From: Kiritimatiellia bacterium
GTDB lineage: Bacteria; Verrucomicrobiota; Kiritimatiellia; UBA8416
Length of the DNA stretch: 56,304 bases
NCBI GenBank assembly: GCA_007129405.1
Contig: SKVN01000047.1
Location: forward strand, 1 to 56,304
Reading direction: 5' to 3'
Below are positions 48,558-56,304 of this stretch, in pieces. Both the position numbers and the translations under genes were made by a program. The notes beneath the pieces were generated by a model, which worked only from the letters and a program-made list of their open reading frames with translations, was not told the origin of the DNA and ran no database searches. Each line of letters opens with the position of its first letter. Position 1 is the stretch's first letter.

Positions 48558-50261
48558 ATGATTGAAGAGACAATACAAGATCCTTTGCTGCAGCTTCTGG
48601 TAGAGCAGGGCGTGTTGAATGGGGAGCAGGCTGCGGATGTTCAATCGGAGCATGGGGAATCCGGTAAGCAGATTCGTTCGATCGTCATAGATTTGGGATT
48701 GATTAGCGAAGATGATTTGCTGGAAATCATAGCGGCGTTTCTGGGTACGCAAGTCGTCAATTTGCCTGCTCTGGATATTCCCGTTGAGACGATTCGCAGC
48801 GTGCCTGCTAGTGTTGCCCGCATGTATAACGTTGTTCCTGTCAGCGTAACGGACACATCTGTGGAAATGGCGACGTTTGATATGGTCAGCACGCAAACCA
48901 TGGATGAGTTAATGTTTGTGCTGACCTGTGATGTGTCTTTCGTTTTGGCACGTGCTGACGACGTAAAAGCTTGCATCAATCAATTTTACGGGGATGACAG
49001 TGCTGCGGTGAATGACATGCTGTCGACACTTGACGGTGTTGATGATGCCGATGAGCTGCAGATTGATGATGAAACGGATGAAAAGGGGTTGGAGGAGGCT
49101 GCAGGCTCCACGCCTGTCATTCGGTTTGTCAATCTGGTATTATATCAAGCGGTGAATGACCGTGCTTCGGATATCCACCTTGAGCCATTTGAAAAAGAAT
49201 TTCGGATTCGCTACCGCGTGGATGGTGCTCTTTATGAAATGGCACCTCCCCCCCGTCGATTGGCTTTGCCCCTCATCTCACGTATAAAAGTTATGTCCGG
49301 TCTGAATATTGCGGAACGCCGTTTGCCACAGGATGGTCGTATTCAGCTTACGATTGGTGGCCGCTCGATCGATTTGCGTGTTTCGACTTTACCCACGCAA
49401 TTTGGCGAGAGCGTTGTGCTGCGTGTGCTTGACCAGAGTAACGTACAGTTGAGCGTGGAAAATCTGGGTATGCCTGATGATGTTTATGAAAAATTCACGG
49501 GCGACATTGTAAAGCCAAATGGAATTGTGATTGTTACCGGTCCGACGGGTTCGGGGAAAACGACGACGCTTTATTCGGGATTGAAGCGCGTGAATACGAT
49601 TGATCGCAAGCTGCTGACGGCGGAAGAACCAGTCGAATACAATATCGAAGGTATTATGCAGGTACCGGTCAAGGAAAGCACCGGAAATACCTTTGCTAAT
49701 GTGTTACGTGCTTTTTTGCGACAGGATCCGGACATTATCATGATTGGTGAAATTCGTGATATTGAAACGGCACAGATTGCGGTTCAGGCATCGCTAACGG
49801 GGCACTTGGTTTTTAGTACGTTGCATACAAATGATGCGGCCGGTGCTGTAACGCGTTTGATTGATATGGGAATTGAACCCTTTCTGATTGCCTCGACGCT
49901 TGAAGCTGTTTTAGGCCAGCGGTTGGTGCGAACCGTTTGTGACCAGTGTAAAACTGCGTATGAACCTGAAGATGACGTACTGGATATGTTGGGTCTTTCC
50001 CGCACTGATATCGGTGGCCGCTCGTTCTATTATGGCTCTGGTTGCTCGTACTGCAATGATACAGGATATCATGGTCGCCGCGGATTATATGAATATCTGA
50101 CTGTAACCGAGGCGATACGAGATATGATTAATGATCGGAAACCTACGATCGTTATTCGTGATAAAGCTGTTTCGCAAGGTATGACGACCATGCGGCAGCA
50201 TGGTATTCAATGTCTTCTGGATGGTTACACCACGGTGGACGAAGTGTTAAAGTATACATAA
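48558..50261 (+). CDS. Second GspE/PilB-family secretion ATPase
   Basis: The 567-aa ORF has the same architecture as 45725-47428 but is clearly diverged. It has Walker A and the tetracysteine motif. Confidence 0.9.
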   Translation: MIEETIQDPLLQLLVEQGVLNGEQAADVQSEHGESGKQIRSIVIDLGLISEDDLLEIIAAFLGTQVVNLPALDIPVETIRSVPASVARMYNVVPVSVTDTSVEMATFDMVSTQTMDELMFVLTCDVSFVLARADDVKACINQFYGDDSAAVNDMLSTLDGVDDADELQIDDETDEKGLEEAAGSTPVIRFVNLVLYQAVNDRASDIHLEPFEKEFRIRYRVDGALYEMAPPPRRLALPLISRIKVMSGLNIAERRLPQDGRIQLTIGGRSIDLRVSTLPTQFGESVVLRVLDQSNVQLSVENLGMPDDVYEKFTGDIVKPNGIVIVTGPTGSGKTTTLYSGLKRVNTIDRKLLTAEEPVEYNIEGIMQVPVKESTGNTFANVLRAFLRQDPDIIMIGEIRDIETAQIAVQASLTGHLVFSTLHTNDAAGAVTRLIDMGIEPFLIASTLEAVLGQRLVRTVCDQCKTAYEPEDDVLDMLGLSRTDIGGRSFYYGSGCSYCNDTGYHGRRGLYEYLTVTEAIRDMINDRKPTIVIRDKAVSQGMTTMRQHGIQCLLDGYTTVDEVLKYT

Positions 50262-52024
50262 TGACATTGTCCTCCTTCATGCAAAACCGTTGGTTCCAGC
50301 GCATAGGTCGTAGCACGTATATGCGTTTAATTCGCTATGCTCGGCCGTATCTCGGTCGTCTTATAACCGGTGCCATTTGCGGTGTTCTTTTTGCCGGTTC
50401 GACCGTCGGGCTTTTGCCGGTGATTCAAGAAATGCTGGGACGATTCTTTGATACAGGCGAACCGCTAACACATCGTGTTGCGCTCATTATTGGTGGTTTG
50501 TTGGTTGTATTGGTGATTTTACGCGGTTTGGGACAATTTTTGAATAGCTACCTGATTCAGTGGGTTGGGAATCGTGTCGTGATGGATTTGCGCGTGGCGA
50601 CATTTCGCCATTTGCAGGACTTGCCTGTTGGTTACTTTAACACTACCGAAACAGGGGAAATGATATCTCGTACGGTGAACGATTCCATGATGCTTGAGCG
50701 AGCCGTTTCCACGGTACTGACGGATATTGTGCGGCAGCCGATTGTGCTGGTTGGTGCGGCGGTGTATGCCGTGACCCGCAACTGGCGTTTGGCGGTAGTT
50801 GCGTTGGTGGCATTTCCGTTGTGCATTGTTCCGATGGTCGTATTTGGTCGCCGTGTTCGCAAGGCTTCTCGCCAAAGTCAGGAGTGGCTCTCGGAAATCG
50901 TTACGATTATGCAGGAGTCGATCCGCGGGGTGCGCATCGTGAAGGCCTTTTGTATGGAACAGCGTGAGGAGGATCGTTTTGCTCACGCTTGTCGCATTTT
51001 CTTTGGGCGTGCGATGCGCGTTGTACGCGCGAAAGCGATTATTGAGCCTGTGGTGGTTCTCATGGGTGGGGCGGGAATTGTATTAGCACTTTTTTATGCT
51101 GTTTCATTGGGAATGGCCTGGAATGAATTCATCGTTATGGCATTAGCGCTATTCTTGCTGTATGAGCCGGTGAAGAAATTGAGCAAAATTCACTTGAGTG
51201 TAGAGCAAAGTTCCGCCGCGGCTGACCGTATTTTTGAGATTCTCGATACTCCTGTTCTGGTGGCGGATCGTGTTGGCGCAAAGGAGTTGGTTGCGCCGAT
51301 TCGTGAAATTCATTTTTCACACATTGATTTTGCGTATCAGGATGAACCCGTGCTACGGGATATTGATTTGACGGTGAAAGCCGGGGAGCGGATTGCTTTG
51401 GTGGGAGGTTCTGGTGCGGGGAAAACGACACTGGTTAACTTGTTGCCACGCTTCTTTGATGTGACCCATGGCCAGATATTGCTCAATGGTGTTGATATTC
51501 GGGACTATACTTTGCGTTCGCTTCGGTTGAAAATGGGCGTTGTTACGCAGGATACCTTCTTGTTCAATGATACGATAGCAGCCAATATTGCCTATGGCTG
51601 TCCTACTGCTTCGCGTGAAGCCATCGAACGTGCTGCGAAGCAAGCCTATGCCGATGAGTTTGTAGAACAGCTCCCGCAGGGATATGACACGGTGGCGGGC
51701 GAGTTGGGTATGTTGCTGTCCGGTGGACAGCGACAGCGACTCGCGATTGCGCGGGCCATGCTCAATGATCCAGAAATTTTGATCCTTGACGAAGCTACGA
51801 GTGCTCTGGATACAGAGTCTGAACGCATGGTGCAAAAGGCAATTGATCAACTTGTTGAGGGGCGAACGGTTTTCGCGATTGCCCATCGTTTGTCTACGAT
51901 TATGAATTGTGATCGGATTCTCGTGCTGGAGCAAGGGCGAATTGTTGAGTCGGGAACGCATGGCGACTTACTGACGCAGAGTGGTATTTACCGCCGTTTG
52001 CACGATATGCAGTTCACGCCGTAA
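50261..52024 (+). CDS. ABC transporter, fused permease/ATPase (MsbA/lipid A exporter-like)
   Basis: The product has six TM helices followed by an NBD ([26 protein letters not shown]). The ATG overlaps the upstream stop (TAATG). Confidence 0.88.
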   Translation: MTLSSFMQNRWFQRIGRSTYMRLIRYARPYLGRLITGAICGVLFAGSTVGLLPVIQEMLGRFFDTGEPLTHRVALIIGGLLVVLVILRGLGQFLNSYLIQWVGNRVVMDLRVATFRHLQDLPVGYFNTTETGEMISRTVNDSMMLERAVSTVLTDIVRQPIVLVGAAVYAVTRNWRLAVVALVAFPLCIVPMVVFGRRVRKASRQSQEWLSEIVTIMQESIRGVRIVKAFCMEQREEDRFAHACRIFFGRAMRVVRAKAIIEPVVVLMGGAGIVLALFYAVSLGMAWNEFIVMALALFLLYEPVKKLSKIHLSVEQSSAAADRIFEILDTPVLVADRVGAKELVAPIREIHFSHIDFAYQDEPVLRDIDLTVKAGERIALVGGSGAGKTTLVNLLPRFFDVTHGQILLNGVDIRDYTLRSLRLKMGVVTQDTFLFNDTIAANIAYGCPTASREAIERAAKQAYADEFVEQLPQGYDTVAGELGMLLSGGQRQRLAIARAMLNDPEILILDEATSALDTESERMVQKAIDQLVEGRTVFAIAHRLSTIMNCDRILVLEQGRIVESGTHGDLLTQSGIYRRLHDMQFTP

Positions 52025-52034
52025 GGAGATAGAG

Positions 52035-52451
52035 ATGAAGAGTTATCGTAAGGAGTTATGGTTTGAGGTTCCGAAGCGACGGCAGTTGTTGCATATTACC
52101 GATGCGGTCGAAACGTGTTTGCGTGATAGCGGTATTCGCGAAGGGTTGTGTCTCGTCAATGCGATGCATATAACTGCGAGCGTATTTATTAATGACGACG
52201 AGAGTGGTTTACATGGTGACTTTGAAAAATGGCTGGAACGATTGGCGCCGGAGAAGCCGTACTCGCAATATGCGCATAACGGATATGAGGACAATGCTGA
52301 TGCGCACTTGAAACGCACGATTATGGGGCGTGAAGTGGTTGTTGCGGTGACGGAAGGCAAATTAGACTTCGGTCCGTGGGAACGCATTTTTTATGGCGAG
52401 TTCGATGGGGGACGCCGGAAACGGGTATTGGTCAAGATTATCGGGGAATGA
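52035..52451 (+). CDS. yjbQ: YjbQ/UPF0047 family protein (secondary thiamine-phosphate synthase family)
   Basis: The 138-aa product contains [12 protein letters not shown] and HLK. The RBS is AAGGAG. Confidence 0.85.
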   Translation: MKSYRKELWFEVPKRRQLLHITDAVETCLRDSGIREGLCLVNAMHITASVFINDDESGLHGDFEKWLERLAPEKPYSQYAHNGYEDNADAHLKRTIMGREVVVAVTEGKLDFGPWERIFYGEFDGGRRKRVLVKIIGE

Positions 52452-52464
52452 CGGATATACTGCC

Positions 52465-53508
52465 ATGCAGACGGCTGACTTTGATTATGAATTGCCGCAA
52501 GACCTGATTGCACAAGAACCTGCGTTACATCGTACCGATGCGCGTATGTTGGTCGTGCACCGGGCCACGGGTCAGCTCGAACATCGCAATATTCGCGATA
52601 TCGGGGATTATTTGCGTGCTGGAGATCTTCTGGTTGTAAACAATACGCGGGTCATTCGCGCGCGGATTTACGGGCATAAGGTTGTGTCCGGAGGCGCCGT
52701 CGAGTTGTTACTGCTCGAGCCGACTACGGATGGTTGCTGGCTTTCCTTGTGCCGATCTTCGCGTCAACCCAAACCTGGGATGCTTTTGTCACTGGCTGGG
52801 GGGCAAATTCGTGCTGAAGTGGTTCGCCAAGGCGAAGCTGGTCGTATCGAAATCCGACTTGATTGTGACCGCCCGTTGTTTGAAGTTCTGGATCAGGTGG
52901 GGGAGATTCCGCTGCCCCCCTATATTCATCGTGCCAAGCATGACCCCAAAGATGCGCTAGATGCCGAGCGATACCAGACTGTATTTGCCTCACAGCCTGG
53001 AGCCGTCGCAGCGCCCACCGCGGGCCTGCATTTTACACCTGAACTTTTTGCTGCATTGGGAGCCAAAGGGGTCGGTAAAGCGGAGATTACCCTGCATGTT
53101 GGTATCGGAACGTTTCGTCCTGTCAGTGTGGAAGATGTTACGGAGCACCGCATGGATGAAGAACGATATGAAATCTTGCCAGAGGCTGCCGAGATGATTG
53201 CTGAAACGCGTGCAAAAGGGGGGCGTATTGTTGCTGTTGGCAGTACCTCGGTGCGTACCCTGGAAACCGTGATAGCTACGGATGGGTATATACGGTCCGG
53301 ATCAGGTCGTAGTGATCTGTTTATTTATCCACCATATTCGTTTAAAGCTGTAGATTGCATGTTGACCAATTTTCATTTGCCCAAATCCACTCTGATTATG
53401 ATGGTAAGTGCCTTTGCCGGAAGAAAATTGGTTATGGAGGCATATGCAGAGGCCGTGCGTGCGCATTATCGTTTCTACAGCTATGGCGACTGTATGCTGA
53501 TCTTGTAG
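52465..53508 (+). CDS. queA: tRNA preQ1(34) S-adenosylmethionine ribosyltransferase-isomerase
   Basis: The N-terminus is MQTADFDYELPQDLIAQEP and the motif GDCMLI lies near the C-terminus. Confidence 0.95.
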   Translation: MQTADFDYELPQDLIAQEPALHRTDARMLVVHRATGQLEHRNIRDIGDYLRAGDLLVVNNTRVIRARIYGHKVVSGGAVELLLLEPTTDGCWLSLCRSSRQPKPGMLLSLAGGQIRAEVVRQGEAGRIEIRLDCDRPLFEVLDQVGEIPLPPYIHRAKHDPKDALDAERYQTVFASQPGAVAAPTAGLHFTPELFAALGAKGVGKAEITLHVGIGTFRPVSVEDVTEHRMDEERYEILPEAAEMIAETRAKGGRIVAVGSTSVRTLETVIATDGYIRSGSGRSDLFIYPPYSFKAVDCMLTNFHLPKSTLIMMVSAFAGRKLVMEAYAEAVRAHYRFYSYGDCMLIL

Positions 53509-53510
53509 AA

Positions 53511-54074
53511 TCAGACTTCCATAACCTCGGCTTCTTTGTTTTTCAAGTCGGCATCGATTTTGGCAATATGATCATCCGTTAGCTTCTGGATTTGCTTGAG
53601 AGCTTCGTCGCGTGCGTCTTCCGTTGTTTTTCCGCTTTTCTCCAATGCTTTAACAGCATCATTGGCCTCGCGTCGTACATTGCGAATCGCAACCCTGCCA
53701 TCTTCGGCCATACGTTTGGCCAATTTGGTCATTTCTACACGTCGTTCGGTACTGAGTTCGGGGATGGGAATACGTATGACACGGCCATCATTCATTGGTG
53801 TGACACCGAGATTCGCAGCGAGAATCGCCTTCTCGATTTCTGGCAGTGCCGTTGGATCGTAGGCGTTGATTACAATGAGACGGGGTTCCGGTGTGGAAAT
53901 ACCCGCGAGTTCGCGCAATCGTGTCATGGAACCATAGTAGGACACCGTAACATTTTCGACCAGTGCTGGTGAAGCCTTTCCGGTGCGCAAACCGGAAAAT
54001 TGCTCATGGAAAAAATCCATGGATTTATCCATTTTATCTTCGGCCTCGAACAAGATTTCATCAATTGATTCCAT
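53511..54074 (-). CDS. frr: Ribosome recycling factor
   Basis: The 187-aa ORF matches Frr throughout (LRTGKASPALV, IPIPELSTERR). Confidence 0.96.
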   Translation of the reverse strand: MESIDEILFEAEDKMDKSMDFFHEQFSGLRTGKASPALVENVTVSYYGSMTRLRELAGISTPEPRLIVINAYDPTALPEIEKAILAANLGVTPMNDGRVIRIPIPELSTERRVEMTKLAKRMAEDGRVAIRNVRREANDAVKALEKSGKTTEDARDEALKQIQKLTDDHIAKIDADLKNKEAEVMEV

Positions 54075-54091
54075 GTTATCGCTCCCTGCGG

Positions 54092-54871
<780 letters not shown>

Positions 54872-55040
54872 CTACAAGCGTCAACATCCTGACCCAGCGG
54901 CGAAGATCGCCGCAGGTGTTAGGCGGTAGTGGCGTTGGATCGTTATAATTGCGAATGGGGTTCTTGTTTGCATTGGTGTATTACGATATGCTCGCGGAGG
55001 TGCATTGTATGTAACGTGTATGTTTACAAGGGAGTTTTGC

Positions 55041-56000
55041 ATGGCAGAAGAAATTGATTTGCAAGCGCGTTTGGTGGATCCGCTGGAGTTGACGCCTTTT
55101 CCCGAGGGCGTGTCTTTTGAGCGGGGTAAGGTGCGAGATTGGTGTTGGAGTAACGGTAATCGTGTGTTGGTAACGACAGATCGCATTTCAGCGTTTGACC
55201 GTATCCTCGGGACGATTCCGTGCAAAGGGCAGGTTTTGAATCAGTTGGCGACATTCTGGTTTGAAAAGACTGCGCATATTGTGGGTAATCCGGTGGTTTC
55301 TGTGCCTGATCCAAACGTTGTTGTTATGCAGGAGTGTGAACAGCTTCCGTTGGAGTTCATTGTTCGCGGTTATTTGACGGGTGTTACAAAAACCTCTGCC
55401 TGGACCAACTATGCCAATGGCGTCCGCAATTTATGCGGAAACAAACTGCCGGATGGGTTGCGTAAGGATCAGAAGCTCGAGAAGCCGATTCTTACGCCCA
55501 CGACAAAGCATGAAGAACATGATCGCAATATTTCGCGGGAAGAGGCCATTTCGGAAGGTTTGATCGATGCCGGGACGTTTGATGCGGCTGCGGATATTTG
55601 TTTGCGCTTGTATCAATTTGGTGTGGATTATGCGGCCTCAAGAGGGCTGATTCTTGTTGATACAAAATATGAGCTTGGGATGCTGGATGGAAAATTGGTG
55701 GTTACGGACGAGGTGAATACGCCTGACTCTTCGCGTTATTGGTATGCCGATAGTTATCAGGCATGTTTTGATGCAGGTAAGCCCCAGCGTCAATTGGACA
55801 AGGAGTACGTGCGAACATGGTTGGCTGCGCAAGGTTTTGTGGGAGACGGGGAACCTCCGGTTTTGACAGATGAGGTTCGGTTGGAGGCCGCCCGTCGCTA
55901 TATTCAGGCCTATGAGCAAATTACGGGGCTTTCTTTCGTTCCTGGTACATCGCCTGTAGTCGATCGGGTGGGATCTGTTCTTGTTGGCCTGCTTCGTTAA
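55041..56000 (+). CDS. purC: Phosphoribosylaminoimidazole-succinocarboxamide synthase (long form)
   Basis: SAICAR synthase homology is present (GKVRD, TDRISAFD, LVDTKYE). The RBS AAGGGAG supports the ATG at 55041. Confidence 0.92.
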   Translation: MAEEIDLQARLVDPLELTPFPEGVSFERGKVRDWCWSNGNRVLVTTDRISAFDRILGTIPCKGQVLNQLATFWFEKTAHIVGNPVVSVPDPNVVVMQECEQLPLEFIVRGYLTGVTKTSAWTNYANGVRNLCGNKLPDGLRKDQKLEKPILTPTTKHEEHDRNISREEAISEGLIDAGTFDAAADICLRLYQFGVDYAASRGLILVDTKYELGMLDGKLVVTDEVNTPDSSRYWYADSYQACFDAGKPQRQLDKEYVRTWLAAQGFVGDGEPPVLTDEVRLEAARRYIQAYEQITGLSFVPGTSPVVDRVGSVLVGLLR

Positions 56001-56119
56001 GGTCCCGTGAGGGACCAGAATTTCTCAGTCTATGTTGTAAGGTCCCTTTTGGTCATGCGATAATTCTACGTACTTTGATTGTGGTGCAGCCCCAACTGGG
56101 TGTCAACCCAGTGCACCCT

Positions 56120-56158
56120 GGGCGACATGCCGGTCTCACCGGCTGTCGCCCTTTTTTT
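56120..56158 (+). terminator. Strong rho-independent terminator
   Basis: GGGCGACA-(T)-GCCGG-TCTCA-CCGGC-TGTCGCCC is followed by T7. Confidence 0.8.
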
Positions 56159-56170
56159 GTGTTTTTAAGA

Positions 56171-56198
56171 TTGCGTTGCCAATGGTATCGTGTAGATT
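56171..56198 (+). promoter_or_regulatory. Putative sigma70-type promoter for tRNA-His
   Basis: TTGCGT, a 16-nt spacer, then TAGATT, about 18 nt upstream of the tRNA. Confidence 0.35.
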
Positions 56199-56215
56199 AC
56201 ATGCCCATTCTGCAT

Positions 56216-56293
56216 GGCGGGTGTAGCTCAGTTGGTTAGAGCGTCAGATTGTGGTTCTGAAAGTCGCGGGTTCAAGTCCCGTCATCCGCCCCA
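56216..56293 (+). tRNA. tRNA-His (anticodon GTG) with encoded G-1 and CCA
   Basis: The cloverleaf segments are G-1, GCGGGTG, GCTC..GAGC, TCAGA-TTGTGGT-TCTGA, GCGGG-TTCAAGT-CCCGT, and CATCCGC-C-CCA. Confidence 0.93.
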
Positions 56294-56304
56294 TTTCACG
56301 GCAA

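Overview
This 56.3-kb window is a chromosomal segment of a Gram-negative bacterium. Supporting genes are ExbB/ExbD, an MsbA-like exporter, an O-antigen ligase, type II/IV secretion ATPases and GatCAB. PVC-superphylum affinity is only a weak guess. The content is overwhelmingly housekeeping. Genes present: cyclophilin PPIase, ilvD, hflX, rsmI, rpsA, tyrS, uvrA, a TPR-ExbB-ExbD cluster running into hisD-hisC-hisB, guaA, accD-accA plus a 5S-carboxyltransferase/BCCP fusion, a flippase and O-antigen ligase, pnp-rpsO, fucI, an FMN-riboswitch-led ribBA followed by ribH-nusB-ribD-ribE, gatCAB, three tandem secretion ATPases (PilB/GspE-like, PilT, PilB/GspE-like), an ABC exporter, yjbQ, queA, frr-pyrH, purC, tRNA-Met(CAT) and tRNA-His(GTG). 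I see no CRISPR array, transposase, integrase, prophage, or recognisable defence or toxin-antitoxin cassette, so I do not claim a new multi-gene system here. Seven items are worth a second look. (1) A 79-aa GIY-YIG nuclease gene sits between two identical 86-bp hairpin repeats right next to tRNA-Met. (2) A roughly 185-200-bp dispersed element, present twice, has terminal direct repeats and tandem 14-bp iterons that form a long hairpin. (3) Two tandem secreted paralogues follow a poly-G/heptamer repeat region, and one carries a 4-bp duplication that frameshifts its C-terminus. (4) TyrRS has QVGN in place of the HIGH signature. (5) A protein carries a HisKA-like helix in which Gln replaces the phospho-acceptor His, with no ATPase domain. 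(6) The accD-accA-5S/BCCP operon suggests a transcarboxylase-type enzyme. (7) A hairpin-rich ~450-nt non-coding stretch lies downstream of ilvD. All coordinates and start-codon choices were made by eye from the sequence and the ORF track. No database search was run.
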